NCBI RefSeq assembly: GCF_963921235.1
Contig: NC_086108.1
Location: 68,078,001-68,142,000 of the forward strand
Direction of reading: 5' to 3'
Source of the DNA: Mobula hypostoma
Lineage: Eukaryota
Length of the DNA stretch: 64,000 nucleotides
This document shows positions 24,315 through 38,010 of this stretch, piece by piece. Positions within the stretch are counted from its first letter, which is position 1, and every line of letters begins with the position of its first letter. The notes below the pieces were generated by a model. The model was not told the DNA's origin. It ran no database searches and worked only from the letters and a program-made list of their open reading frames with translations. Position numbers and translations under genes: made by a program.

Positions 24315-27300
24315 AAGAGTGAGGGTGAGCAGACAGAAGTCTTGGTGCACATTGGCAAGATTGGCATAAGTAGATAAGGGGGGTGAGGAGGTCCTGAAGA
24401 GAGATTTTAGGGAGCTAGGAAGAAAGCTGAAAAACAGGACATCCAGAGTAATAATCTCCGGTTGCTGTCTGTGCCACGCGCCAGAGAGGGTAAGAATAGG
24501 TGCATTTGTCAGATGAATGTGTGGCTGAGGAACTGGTGCAGATGCCAGGGGTTCAGATTTATGGATCACTGGAATCCCTTCTGGGGAAGGTACGACCTGT
24601 ACAAAAGGGATATCCTTGCGGGCAGGTTTGCAGGAGTTATTCAGAAGGGCTGAAACTAATTTGACAGGGAACTGGGTAATGGAGTGATAGTGCTGAGGAT
24701 GAGGTAGTTGGTTTACAAACAAAGGCGATGCGTACTGAGATTCCTAGCAAGGAGAGGCTGATGATAGGGCAAAATTGCAGTCCACACAATGAGCTGCAAT
24801 ATAAAAGGCGGACAAAAATCAAAAATGGTAAATTCAGGACTAAAGATGTTATATTTGAATTTACACGGTATATGAAATAAGGTAGATGAACTTGTAGTAT
24901 AGTTACAGATTGGCATGTATGATGTTGTAGGCATCACTGAATCATGGCTAAAAGAAGATTATAGCTAGAAGCTTCATGTCCAAGGATACAAATTGTATCA
25001 ATAGGACAAGCTGGTGGGCAGACGGGATGCTGTGGCTCTGTTCACAAAAAATGAAATCAAATCATTAGAAATTAGTGGCATAGGGTTGGAAGGTGTTGAA
25101 TCGTTGTGGGGAGAGCTAAGGAACTACGAGGGTAAAAAGAGCCATATGGGAGTTAAATATAGAACTCCAAACAGTAGTAAAGATGTGACCTAAAAATTAC
25201 AATGGAAGATAGAAAATGCATTCCAAAAGGGCAATGTTATAATTATCATGGAGGATTTCCACATGTGGATTGGGAAAATCAGGTTTGTGCTGGATCCCAA
25301 AAAGGGAAATTTCTAGAATGCCTAAGAGATGGCTTATTAGAGCAGCATGATTGGGCCCATTTGGGGATCAGCTAGTCTGGATTGGGTGTTGCACAATGAA
25401 CCGGTATTGGTTAGAGAGCTTAAGGTAAAATAACTCTTAGAGGAAAGTGATCATAATATGATAGAATTCACCCTGAAATTTGAGAAGGAGAAGCTAAAGT
25501 CAGATGTATTGGTATTACAGAGGAGTAAAGGGAATCACAGTGGCATGAGAGAGGAATTAGCCAAAATTGATTGGGAAAGAACACGGGCAGGGATGACGGG
25601 GGCACAGGGGTAATGGCTGGAATTTCTGGAAGCAATTTGGAAGGCAGAGGATATATTCTGTACATCCCAAAAGGAAGATGTATTCTAAAGACAAGATGAC
25701 ACAGCTGTGGCTAACAAGAGAAGTGAAAGCCAACATAAAAGCCAAAGAGGGGGCATATAATAGAACAAAAATTAGTGGGAAGTTAGAGGATTGGGAAGCT
25801 TTAAAAACAGCAGAAAACAACGAAAAAGTTATTAAGAAGGAAAAGATGGAATACGAAAGCAAGCTAGCTGATATTAAGATGATACCAAAAGTTTCTTTAG
25901 ATACATAAAGTATAAAAGAGAGGCAAGAGTGGAGATCAGACCACTAGAAAATGATACTGGAGAGGTAGTAATGCGGGATAAGAAAATGCTGGATGAACTG
26001 ATTGAGTATTTTGCATCAGTCTTTACTGTGGAAGACACTAGCAGTATGGTGGAAGTTCCAGAGTGACAGGAATCAAAAGTGTGTGAAGTTGACATTACTA
26101 GGGAGAAGGTCCTTGGGAAATTGAAAGATCTGAAGGAAGATAAGTCACCTGGACCAGATGATGTACACCCCAGGGTTCTGAAAGAGGTGGCTGAGGAAAT
26201 TCTGGAGGAATTAGTAATGATCTTTCAAGAATCACTAGATTCTGGAATGGTTCCAGAAGACTGGAAAATTGAAAATGTCACTCCATTCCTCAAGAAGGGA
26301 GAGAGATAGAACAAAGGAAATTATAGGCCAGTTAGTCTGAGCTTAGTGGTTGGGACGATGTTGGAGTCGATTGTTAAGGATGTGGTTTTGGGGTACTTGG
26401 AGGCACATGATGAAATAAACTACTGTCAGCATGATTTCCTCAAGGGAAAATCTTGCCTGACAAATCTTTTGGAATCTTTGAAGAAATAACAAGTAGGATA
26501 GACAAAGGAGAATTGATTGATTTTTAGAAGGACTTTGACAAGGTGCCACACATGAAGCTGCTTAACAAGGTACGAGTCTATGGTATTACAGGAAAGATAC
26601 TAGTATGGATAAAGCAGTGGCTGATTGGCAGGAGGCAAAGAATGGGAATAAGGAAGCCTTTTCTGGTTGGCTGCCAGTGACTAGTGGTCTGTGTTGGGAC
26701 TGCTTCTTTTTACATTATATGTCAATGACTTGGATGATGGAATTGATGGCTTTGTTGCAAAGTTTGCAGATAATATGAAGATAGGTGGAGGAGCAGTTCG
26801 TTTTGAGGAGGTACAGAAACTACAGAAGGACTTAGACAGATTTGGAGAATGGACAAAGAAGTGGCAGATGGAATACAGTGTCAGGAAGTGTATGGTATGC
26901 ACTTTGATAAAAGAAATAAAAGGGTAGACTATTTTGTAAATGAAGAGAAAATCCAAAAATCTAAGGTGCAACGGGACTTGAAAGTACTTATGCAGCCTTC
27001 CCTAAAGGTTATTTGCAAATTGAGCCAGCGGTGAGGAGGGCAAATGGGATGATGGCATTCATTTCAAGGGGACGAGAATATAAAAACAAGGATGCAACGT
27101 TGAGGCTTTATAAAGCACTGGTGAGGCCTCACTTGGAGTATTGTGAGTAGTTTTGGGCCCTTATCTGTACTGACACTTACAGGTTTCAAAGGAGGTTCAC
27201 AAAAATAATTCCAGGATTCAACAGCTTGTCTTATGAAGAGCATTTGATAGCTCTGGGCCTGTATTCACCAGAATTCAGAAGAATGAGGGTGTGACCTAAT

Positions 27301-27680
27301 TGAAACCTATCAAACATTGAAAGGCCTCAATAGAATGGATGTGGAGAGAATGTTTCCTCTGGTGGGAGAGTCTAGGACTAGAGGAACAGCCTCAGAATAG
27401 AGGGGTGTCATTTTAGAACAGAGAGAGGAGGAATTTCTTTAGCCAGAGTGTGGGACATCTGTGGAATTCGTTGCAACAAGATGCTGTGGAGGCCAATTTT
27501 TTAATGTATATTTAAGGCAGAGATTGATAGATTCTTGTTTGGTCAGGGCATGAAGGGAATACGGGGAGAAGGCAGGAGATTGGGGCTGAGAAAAAAAATG
27601 GATCAGCCATGATGAAATAGCAGAGTTGACTTGATGGGCCAAATAGCCTAATTCATGCTCCTATATCTTACAGTCTTATG
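24315..27680 (+). mobile_element. Long decayed CR1 LINE (ORF1 esterase C-terminal part to 3' UTR)
   Basis: NVWLRNWCRCQGFRFMDHW, KSPGPDDVHPRVL, KFADNMKIGG; CR1 3' tail. Colinear with 6400-9618. Confidence 0.92.
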
Positions 27681-27999
27681 CTCTTTCCCCTTCTCTTTGA
27701 TAAAGACCACCTTTGTAGCTGAGAGAGCAATTTCTTTAGGCCAAACCCTACCACAGTAACTTTTCAGTACAACCTGAACCGTCCTACCCCACTTATAAAT
27801 AATATTTACCTCTGCCTCCCTGATACCTCCATCTTTTGAGAAAGAGATTCAAAAACTTAGCACCCTGAGAGCAGAACCTTGTAACCTCTTAGTTTTAAGC
27901 AGTAACTTGGGATTCCAGATGTTTCCACAGAACAAACAAGTTACCTCTCACTCTACTTCAGATGCCAATCTAGCTTTACTAATCCTCTATCCCTTGCTA

Positions 28000-28340
28000 T
28001 TTATGATGGAGGGCATGGAAGCTATTCAATTCAGGAGAGGGAAGAGTGATATTATAGAGCTCATCAACATTAGAGAGAAGGTAGGAAAGAAGGCCTTAAA
28101 ATGCATAAATATGAATTAATTCCTGGGACCTGATCCTGTGTCTAACGATGTGACGGGTAGCAAGAAGAGAGTGAGGAGCCTTGGCAGAGATTTTTCTAAC
28201 TTTGTTAGTTACAGGTGAGCTACCAGAAGACTATTAGGAAGGGCTGCAGGGATAGGCCTGTATGCCTTACATCAATATACGGAGAGTTATTGGAAGGAGT
28301 CAAGGGGCAGAATTTACTTGCATTTCGGAAAGCAAATGGA
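28000..28340 (+). mobile_element. Highly decayed CR1 ORF2 fragment
   Basis: Remnants of KSPGPD (tcctgggacctgat) and RPVCLTS motifs. Confidence 0.5.
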
Positions 28341-28869
28341 CCAAAAGGACTGGTGATTTACTTAACTGATACCACATGTATAATTGTGAGGAACGCAATA
28401 TCATTAAAATAAAGCACTGAGTTAATTAATACTGTTTTTTAAAATCACATTACCCATAGTATGTAAACAGCATGAAGTGTTTATAACAAAAGCTCTCCTC
28501 CTCCAGGGCATAATGTGCAGACAGAATAAAATCAATCAAACAGTTCTGAGACTGAAGGCCTAGACTGCAGCCACAAAAACGTTAATGGATTGGGCTAAAC
28601 CATCTCCAATGTAACCGGCAGTTAATAATAGAGTATAAAATTTAACAGGTAAGCATCGTGTTTCATTAGTGTCAGAGAAAATCCCAAATGTAGCTTTTGA
28701 ATAAAGCAGAGAAGTTTAAACAACATTGGTACTCAGAGTTTACTAATCTCTCTTCTACCTAAGTATTTTAATAAATAGTGAAACTATCCTTTACAGTTAA
28801 AATAGCAGAATTATTAACAAACGCTAATGCCTGTCCTAACAGGTGCAAATAATTGGAATTAGAGTAGGA

Positions 28870-29350
28870 AATGGAATAGCTTTATTATTGTCACATGTAT
28901 TGAGGTACAGTGAGAAGCTTGCCTTGCATCCTGTTCATACAGATCAATTCATTACACAACACATTGAGATAGAATCGAGGTAAAACAATAATGCAGAAGA
29001 AAGAGTAACAGCTAAAGAGAAAGTGCAGATTAGGGAGGCAATCAGGTGCAAGTTTATAATGAGGTAGATTGTGAAGCCGAGTCCATTCTTAGCATACTAG
29101 GGAATGATTCAATAGTCTTATAACAGTGGGGCAGAAGGTGCACTGAACCTGGTTGTGCGTGCTTTCAGGCTTTTGTATTTTCTGCCTTGTGAGAGAGGAG
29201 ACAAAAGAAAATACACTAGGTGGGTGAAGTCTGACTACTTTAACCTGATGCAGCAAGAACTAAAGACAGAATCCATGGAGGGAAGCTGGCTTCCATGCCG
29301 TGTTGCGGTCATAGACAGAGCAGTTGCCATACAAGCTGTATTTTGGGCTT
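28870..29350 (-). mobile_element. Rex1-type LINE 3' end, decayed
   Basis: tttattattgtcacatgtattgaggtacagtg tail followed by a typical body (aatagtcttataacagtggggcagaag...gaacctgg). Confidence 0.65.
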
Positions 29351-29999
29351 TTTAGCAGGGTGAAAGTTAAAGCAGGTTCATTTGGATCCGCAAGATAGAG
29401 TTAACTATCATGATTTCTTTACAACACTTAACATTCTGGACAGTTCACTCTCATTCCTAAAACTGTTTTGATTGCAAAACAAACAGCTTAAAATGATAAT
29501 GCTCATTTACTATGACATTCAACATCTCTTTCACTAAGCAGAAAGTAGTCACAAAAATGAAGAAATATATCTAGTTGAAAGGCATAATTTTGAGGGAACT
29601 TCTAAATGAATGCAAACAAGAATCAAACATGGCATACCGTCATTAATAGATCTCTTCTCATTGCTGAGCCACAGAGAAAATTGCCACATAGTTAGTAGGT
29701 AGCCCTGAACTTCTGCTCAAAAAAATTTTAAAGCACGGCATAGACAATATTTACAAATTGGCTTTTGCCTCACAAGTTTATGAACAAAATGAGTATTTCT
29801 CTCAGTTCATGCAACTAAGGTTTAAAATGACATCTGCTCTGTTTTACAGTATACAATATACAATATATAAAAGGTACTTCATCTAAGTGAAACAAAACTT
29901 GCCATTCCTGAATCAGACGTTTTTTGCTAAAAGTCACATAGTATGGAAGCAGGCACTTCTGTCCAACTGGCCTACGTTAACCAAGATTTTCATCTAAAG

Positions 30000-30590
30000 T
30001 TAGACCATAAGACATAGGAGCAGAATTAAGCCATTCAGCCCATCAAGTCTGCTCCACCATTCCATCATGGCCGCTCCTGGATCCCACTCAACACCATAAT
30101 CCAGTGTTATCGCTGTATCCATTGATGCCCTGACCAATCTGGAAACTATCAACTGTCTTAAATATATCCATAGACTTGGCTTCCACCTCAGTCTGTGGCA
30201 GACCATTCAATAGGTTCACTAATCTCTGGCTAAAAAAAAAAATCCTCCTTACTTCTGTTGTAAAAGGTCACCCCTCAACTTTGAGGCTATGCCCTCTAGT
30301 TCTGGATAACCACCCCACCCACCCCCACTCCCCAGCCATAGCAAACATCCTCTCCACATCCACCCTTATCTAGTCCTTTCAACATTCGGTAGGTTTCAAT
30401 CACTCTCTCTGACAGCTCAATCCGTATACTGACCACTCTCCAGGTGACCAAGTTTCCCTGTAGATTCCTTATTAAAACTCTCCCCCTCCATCTTAAAACC
30501 ATGGTATCCAGGCCTTCACCTAACCTTGAGTAAAATACTGTTTGCAAATTCACCCTAAAATTATGATTTTCTAAATGTTTATAAGATCAT
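30000..30590 (-). mobile_element. CR1 3' end plus an adjacent older CR1 fragment
   Basis: agaccataagacataggagcagaatt tail; IETYRMLKGLD. Confidence 0.8.
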
Positions 30591-30599
30591 CTGTCGTTT

Positions 30600-31270
30600 A
30601 GTCAAGAGAGTTGAGAGCTTCAAGTTCCAATAGTCTGTCCTGATCCAACCAAGGAGTGCCACGGCCAAGAAAGTGCATCAGTGCCTCTACATTTGGCATG
30701 ACCCCTCTGACCCTCACTATATCGATGCACTGTCGGAAGCATCATCCCATCCAAATGCATCACAGTTTGGTACGGCAAATATTCTACCCCTAACTACAAG
30801 GAACAGCAGTGTTGTGGACACAGCTCAAAGTCAAAGAAAATTTACTGTCAAAGTACATATATGTCACCAGATACTACCCTGAGATTCATTATCTTGCAGG
30901 CATTTACAGGAAAATAAAGAAATACAACAGAATTTAGGAAAAACAATACATAAACAAAAACTGACAAACAACCAATGTAACACACACAAAATGCTGGAGA
31001 AACTCAGCAGGCCTGGCAGCATCTTTGGAAAAGAGTAAACAGTTGACATTTCAGGAAGAGATCCTTCATCAGGACTTGATGTGCATATCACAGAAAACAC
31101 TTTTCCCTCCATGCACACTGTCTGCACTTAGACTTCTGGCAGGCTCCAGAAAGTTGCCAACATAATCAAAGACCCACCCACACCAAATATTCTCTCTTCT
31201 CCCCACTCTTTTACCTTGTACCACCTCAATGAACAGTACAAGTTTTTCAGTGTACCTTGATAAATGTGCC
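30600..31270 (+). mobile_element. Decayed Rex1-type 3' part carrying a minus-strand LINE tail (30828-30980) and a Penelope terminal repeat (30980-31078)
   Basis: gttgagagcttcaagttcc...ccaagaaagtgcatcagtgcctctac, resuming at 31085. Hammerhead-like AAGTC-CTGATGA-AGGATCTCTTCCT-GAAATGTC-AACTG at 31040-31077 (minus). Confidence 0.65.
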
Positions 31271-31689
31271 AACAATATATCAATTTACCATTCTCTTACA
31301 CTGTGATGAAAGAATCGTGACCTGCTCTACTTCCCTCTATATGCAGTCCCTCACACATCTCCTCTGCACTCTTTCAAGATTAATGGCATCTTTCCTATAG
31401 CATAGTGAACAAATCTCAGAATATTCGAAATATGGCCTCACTATCATCTTATACAACTGCAAAATAACAGTCCACTGCTATATTTAATGCCCTAACTAAT
31501 TCCGAGCAAAGTGCAAAAGCCTTCTTCACCACCCTGTCTACCACCCAAGTTGGTCTGGTCTTTGACTCTACTATGATTATTATTCTACTATGCATTTATT
31601 GAATATGCCTGCAAGAAAATTAATATCAGGATTGTATATGGTGACAATACTGATGTGAGATGTTGCTCTGTGTTTCGATGTTTGGTGGT

Positions 31690-33822
31690 GGTGGTGGTCG
31701 TGAATAAAGGGTGTTTGCGGAATCTTGCCCCTCTGCCCAAGTCATGGAGAATGCAGTAATGGATGGGGAACTGCCCATTCCTTTACTGGACACCACTGAA
31801 GTTGTGATGAGGATATAAATGCAGCTGAACTGAGCACAAGTCAAGGAGAAGCACAAGTCACATGTATCAGAATCACAGTGGAATAGAGTGAATTACAGAG
31901 TCACGGGAGAGGATCTTACCCAGGGAGGTGAAGGTTGATATTGGACTACTGGAAAATGATGCTGGTGAGGTAGTAATTGGGGGCAAAGAAACGTCAGATG
32001 AACTTAATAAGTACTTTGCATCTGTCTTCACTGTGGAGGACACTAGCAGCGTGCCAGAGGTCCATGAGTGTCAAGGAGCAACAGTGAGTGCCATTAATAT
32101 TAAAAACGCAAAAGTGTAAAGCAGATTGAAAGGCCTTAAGGTGGATAAGTCACCTGGACCAGATGGTCTACATCCCAGAGTCCTGAGAGAGGTTGCTGAA
32201 GAGATAACATATGCATTGGTCATGATCCTTCAAGAAACACTTGATTCTGGCATGGTCCCAAAGGATTGGAAGATTGCAAATATCACTCCACTCTTTAAGA
32301 AGGGAGGAAGGCAAAATAAAGGAAATTATGGGCCAGTTTGCCCAACCTCAGTGTTGGAGTCTATTATTAAGGATAAGGTTTTGGGGTACTTGGAGACTAA
32401 TGATAAGAAGTCAAAGTCGGCATGTTTTCTGTCAAGGGAAATCTTGCCTGACCGACCTGTTAGAGATCTTCAAGGAAGTAGTAAGCAGGGTGGACAAAAG
32501 AGAGACAGTGGATGTCATTTACTTTGATAAGGTGATGCACAAGAGGATGTTGAATAAGATAAAATGCTATGATGTTCCAGGAAAGATACTGGCATTGATA
32601 GAGGAATAGCTGACAGGCAGGAAACAGTGAGTAGGAATAAAATAAGCCCTTTCTGGTTGGTTTCCATTGACGAGTAGCGTTCCTTATGGATCGGCATTGG
32701 GACCGCTACTTTTCACATTGTTTGTCAATGATTTGGATAATAGAATTGATGGCTTTGTGGCAAGGTTTGCGGATGATACAAAGGTAGGTGGAGGGATAGG
32801 TACTGCTTAGTAAGTAATGCAATTGGAGCGGGACTACAAGTTGGAAGAATGAGCAAAAAAGTGGCAGATGGAATACAGTTTTAGGAAATGCATGATAATG
32901 CATTCTGGTAAAAGGAACAATAGTGTGGACTATTATCTAAATGGGGAGAAGGTTCAAACATCAGAGGTATAAAGGGACTTGGGAGTTCTTCTGCAAGACT
33001 CCCAGATGGTTACTTTACAAGTTGAGTCTGTGGTAAGGAAGGTAAATGCAGTCACAAACAAGAGAAAGTTGGCAGATGCTGGAAATCTGAGCAACACACA
33101 CAAAATGCTGAAGGAATTCAGCAGGTCAGGCAGCATCTATGGAAAAAAGAAAGTACAGTCAACGTTTCGGGCCGAAACCCTTGAACATGCAATGTTGGTA
33201 TTTACTTCAAGGGGAATGGAGTGTAAAAGGAAGGAGAAAACCCAAGACTTTATAAGACACAAGTCAGGCTGCACTTGGAGTATTGTCAACAGTTTTGGGC
33301 CCCATATCTCAAAGAGGATGTGTTGTCATTTTAGGGAGTCCAGAGGAGGGTTACAAGGATGATTCCAGGAAATAACGGGTTAGCATATGAGCAGCATTTG
33401 GCAGCTTTGGGCCTGTACTCACTGAAATTTAGAAGAATGCGTGGGGATCTCATTGAAACCTACCAAATGTTGAAAGGACTAGATAGGGTGGATGTGGTGA
33501 GAATGTTCCGTATGGTCAGGGTATCCAGAACTACGGGGCACAACCTCAAAAATGAGGGGCGATCTTTTAGAACAGAGAAGGGGAGGAATTTTTTAGCCAC
33601 AGAGTAGCGGATCCATGGAATGCTCTGCCAGAGCCTGTGGTGGAGGCCAAGTCTGCGGGTATATTTAAGGTGGAAGTTGATCATTTCCTGGTCGGTCAGG
33701 GAATCAAAGGATATGGCGAGGTGTTTGTTGTTGAGTGGGATCCAAGATCAGTCATGATGGAATGGTGAAGCGGACCCAATGGGCTGAATGGCCTAATTCA
33801 GGTCTTATGTCTTATGGTCTAT
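31690..33822 (+). mobile_element. CR1 LINE with internal deletions and a Penelope-repeat insertion
   Basis: ELNKYFASVFTVED, KSPGPDGLHPRVL, ARFADDTKVGG, RRMRGDLIETYQML; 3' tail tcttatgtcttatggtct. Confidence 0.9.
33051..33186 (-). mobile_element. Solitary Penelope terminal-repeat insertion with a 5-bp TSD
   Basis: ATGCA at 33046-33050 and 33187-33191. Removing the insert restores the CR1 text aaggtaaatgcaatgttgg. Confidence 0.85.
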
Positions 33823-33974
33823 GGATTTTATGTACTTTGATAATAAATTTACTTTGAACTTAGAACCTGCGATACCACTTTCAGAGAAAATGTACTAGAA
33901 CTCCTAGGTCCTACTATTCAAACATTTGTATTCCTGGATATTCCTAATCAAATATTTATTTTGAATTACAGTCA

Positions 33975-34105
33975 CAGAATCATAGAAAAATGCAGCACAG
34001 AAACAAACATCTAGTCCATGCCGAAACCATTTAAACTGCCTACTCCCGTCGACCTGCACCAGGAATATACACCTCCATACTTCTACTATCCATGCATCTA
34101 TTTCA
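33975..34105 (-). mobile_element. CR1 3' tail fragment
   Basis: catagaaaaatgcagcacagaaaca...tagtccatgccgaaacc, like the tail at 62260-62400. Confidence 0.65.
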
Positions 34106-34894
34106 GAGGACTTCATTAGAATTCTTATCAGTAAAGGTTTTGTTAGACTAGTTTGTAATTTTGTGCTGCTAGCATATGTGAAATTAGTTAACTTGAAAAC
34201 ACAGCTATTATCTACCTACATATACAGATTGTTAGTATCTTAGTTGCTGTGCTTCAAAGAGATGTTTCTGTTGAAAGTATTGTTTATTGCTGAGTAAAAA
34301 TAAACTGAGTTTTTCATTTATCCTGGATCTTATATATCATAAAATTGTAAAGTATCTATGTTCCATCAGTTATTATTTGTGTAAGTGAAACTAAGCTATT
34401 GCACCCCTGAAAATCCATGAATCTCTGAAAAGCATGGCAGATAACATATTTGCAACTGTCCAGCACCAATGTCCTCACTAAACTGTGGAGTGTAATTATC
34501 TCATGTGTACAGACTGGCAGGCACACTCACTGTCGTGAGTTCATTGAAAGTACATGCAAGCTTCGTATCCTCACCATTGCCATAAGTCAGGGGCACCACT
34601 CTGCTGCTTCACCCACCCTCAACAAGAAATGCTTATAATAAACAAAATTCATGTTTCACACTGCTTATGGCTCAGTCTGTTCACCCAACAATCACAAAAT
34701 AAAAATATTCAGACCCACACTTAACACCATAAACAGGAATCAGAAGCATTAATTACTTACATTGAAACCAATTTACAACTTTGCTCAAGTCTTGTAGGTT
34801 GTGATCAGTGGTAGTGATTTCTGAAGATGGGTACTTATGATTGGATGTGGGTGTTGGAATGCAATATTGCCTTCTTTAGCACAGATTAAACCTG

Positions 34895-36045
34895 CAAATT
34901 CTGCTCTCAAATGCATTTCTCACATTTCACACACATCTGCTCTCACCCCATCCTCCTGCCACCCCACTAGGAATAGGGTTCCCCTTGTCCTCACCTACCA
35001 CCCCACCAGCCTCTGGGTCCAACATATAATTCTCTGTAACTTCCGCCACCTCCAACGGAATCCCACCACCAAGCACATCTTTCCCTCCCCCCTCCCCCTT
35101 CAGCTTTCCACAGGGATCGCTCCCTACGCAACTCCCTTGTCCATCCGCGCCCCCCCCCGCCAATTCCTTCCCACCGCTCTCCCTCCCGGCACTTATCCCT
35201 GTAAGCAGAACAAGTGCCACACATGCCCTTACACTTCCTCCCTCACCACAGTCCTTCCAGGTGAGGCGACACTTCACCTGTGAGTCGGCTGGTATGATAT
35301 ACTGCATTCGGTGCTCCAGGTGCAGCCTTCTATATATTGGTGAGACCCGACGCAGGTTGGGAGACTGTTTCGCTGAACACCTACGCTCTGTCCGCCAGAG
35401 AAAACAGGATCTCCCAGAGGCCACACATTTTAATTCCACATCCCATTCCCATTCTGATATGTCTATCCACAGCCTTCTCTACTGTCAAGATGAAGCCACA
35501 CTCAGGTTGGAGGAACAACACCTTATATTCTGTCTGGGTAGCCTCCAACCTGATGGCATGAACATTGACTTCTCTAACTTCCATTAATGCCCTTCCTCCC
35601 CTTCTTACCCCATCCCTTATTTATTTCTTTATTATTTTTTATTTTTTCCCTTTTCTCCTCTCTCTTTTTTCTCCTTCTGTCCCTCTCACTATAACTCCTT
35701 GTCTGCTCTCCATCTTCCTCTGGGCTCCCCTCCCCCTTTCTCTCTCCCTCGGCCTCCCATCCCATGATCCTCTCCCTTCTCCAGCCTCGTATCCCTTTTG
35801 CCTATCAACTTCCCAGCTCTTAGCTCCATCCCTCCCCCTCCTGTCTTCTCCTATCATTTCGGATCTCCCCCTCCCCCTCTCAAATCTCTTACTATTTCTT
35901 CTTTCAGTTAGTCCTGACGAAGGGTCTCAGCCCGAAACATCGACTGTACTTCTTCCTATAGATGCTGCCTGGCCTGCTGCATTCCACCAGCATTGTATGT
36001 GTGTGGCTTGAATTTCCAGCATCTGCAGACTTCCTCGTGTTTGCT
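34895..36045 (+). mobile_element. Penelope-like element 3' part with GIY-YIG endonuclease and terminal repeat
   Basis: ORF 35261-35587 FTCESAGMIYCIRCSRCSLLYIGETRRRLGDCFAEHL...HFN...EQHLIFCLGSLQPDGMN. Hammerhead motif at 35909-35946. Confidence 0.93.
35909..35946 (+). ncRNA. Minimal hammerhead motif, stem III mutated (ACAT)
   Basis: TAGTC-CTGACGA-AGGGTCTCAGCCC-GAAA-CATC-GACTG. Confidence 0.7.
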
Positions 36046-36396
36046 TCTGCAAATTAATCTTATGGGATTCTTGCACGAGGACTTCCAAGTCCCTTTGCAC
36101 TACTGATGTCTGAATTTTCTCATTTTAGATAGTTGTCTGCACTTTTGTTTTTTTTACCAAAATGCATTATCATGCATTCCCCAACACTGTATTCCATCCA
36201 CCTCATTTTGCCCATACTTCCAATTTGTCCAAGTTCTTTTACAATCACGTTGCTTCCTCAGAACCACCTACCCCTCCACCTATCTTGTATCATCTACAAA
36301 CTTTGTCACAAAGCTATCAATTCCATTATCTAAATCATTGACAAACAATGTGAAAAGTAGCGGTCCCAATACTGACCCGAGGAATACCGCTAGTCA

Positions 36397-37029
36397 CACT
36401 CACAACACGCTGGAGGAACTCAGCGGGTCGGGCAGCATCCGTGGAAATGATCAGTCAATGTTTCGGGCCGGAACCCTTCATCAGGACTGAAGAGGGAAGG
36501 GGCAGAGGCCATATAAAGAAGGTGGGGAGAGGGTGAGAAGGAGAAGGCTGGTAGGTTCCAGGTGAAAAACCAGTAAGGGGAAAGATAAACGGGCGGAGGA
36601 GGGGAAGCAAGGAGGTGATAGGCAGAAAAGCTGAAGAAGGAATAGGGGAAAGCACAATGGGAAGTAGAAGGAGGTGGAACCATGAGGGAGGTGATAGGCA
36701 GCTAGGGGAGGGGGCAGAGTGAAACTGGGTTAGGGGAAGGGAGTGGGGAGGGAATTACTGGAAGTTGGAGAATTCAGTATTCATGCCAAGGGGCTGGATA
36801 CTACCCAGACAGTATATGAGGTGTTGCTCCTCCAACCTGAGTTTAGCCTCATCATGGCAGTAGAGGAGGCCAGGTATGGACATATCTGAATAGGAATGTG
36901 AAGCAGAGCTAAAGTGGGTGGCAACCAGAAGATCCTGTCTGTTGTGGCAGACGGAGCGGAGGTGCTCGACGAAGCGGTCCCCCATCTGCATCGGCTTTCA
37001 CCGATGTAGAGGAGGCTGCACCAGGAGCT
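36397..37029 (-). mobile_element. Penelope-like element 3' end (second subfamily)
   Basis: LLYIGES../GDRFVEHL...EEQHLIYCLGSIQPLGMN. Hammerhead motif TCAGTC-CTGATGA-AGGGTTCCGGCCC-GAAACATT-GACTGA at 36451-36490. Confidence 0.9.
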
Positions 37030-37625
37030 GACTAATAAAATCTGAGTTATTACATAACCCCCAATCTAAGATAGCCTTTCCCCAAGGAGGCTCAAGCACA
37101 AGCTGCTCTAAAAAGCCATCTCGTAGGCATTCAACAAATTCCCTCTCTCGCGATCTGGCACCAATCTGATTTTCCCAATCCCCTTGCATATTGAAGTCCC
37201 CCATTACAATTGTGTCATTACCCTTATTACATGCCCTTTCCAGCTCCCTTTGCAAACTCAACCCCACATCTTGGCTACTATTAGGAGGCCTATATATGAT
37301 TCCATTATGTTTTTTAACCCTTTCAGTTTCTTTACTCAACCCACAAAGATTCAAATACCCCTGACCCCATGTCACTCCTTTCTAAAGATTTCATTTCATC
37401 TCTTACCAACACAGCTTCTTCACCACCTATGCCTTCCTGCCTGTCTTTTTGATACAAAGTCCATCCTTTGATACTAATCTCCCAACTCTGACCTTCTTTC
37501 GGCTCTGACTCAGTGATGCCCACAATGTCATACCAACTAATCTCTAATTGTGCCACAAGTTCACCTACCTTATTCCAAATAATACATACATTTAAAAACA
37601 GTATCTTCAGTCCTACATTCGTCAC

Positions 37626-38010
37626 TATTATGGTCCCTTCTGGCAATCCCCCACCTTGCTAGCTACCTCAGGAATTGGGCCTCAATCCCCTCGTTGAATT
37701 TCCAATCATTCCCAGGTTCCACTAACTACACACACCTGCTTTCCATCAGGAAATGCAGGATAAAGACCCTGTGATCACACCAAGGAGTTGCCAGTTCAAT
37801 GGTTGACTCTAGTGTGAGTAAACCTGATTCCTGAGAACTGTCAGTTCTAAGTCCTGCATCGTTTCCTGGATACTCTATGTGACCCTTGTCTCTGTGTAAA
37901 GACTCTCCTGGATACCAGTTCCCTGTTCGTGGTGGTGCTAATGCCTCACGATTCTGCCTTAGTGCCTGTGTCCTGCACGTGGGTTCATTCGCAGCCACAT
38001 CCTTGCAAAA
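37626..38010. mobile_element. Solo LTR (385 bp), probably Gypsy-type, with a 5-bp TSD
   Basis: GTCAC at 37621-37625 and 38011-38015. Termini TATTATGG...TTGCAAAA are each one change from TG...CA. Removing the insert restores the CR1. Confidence 0.75.
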
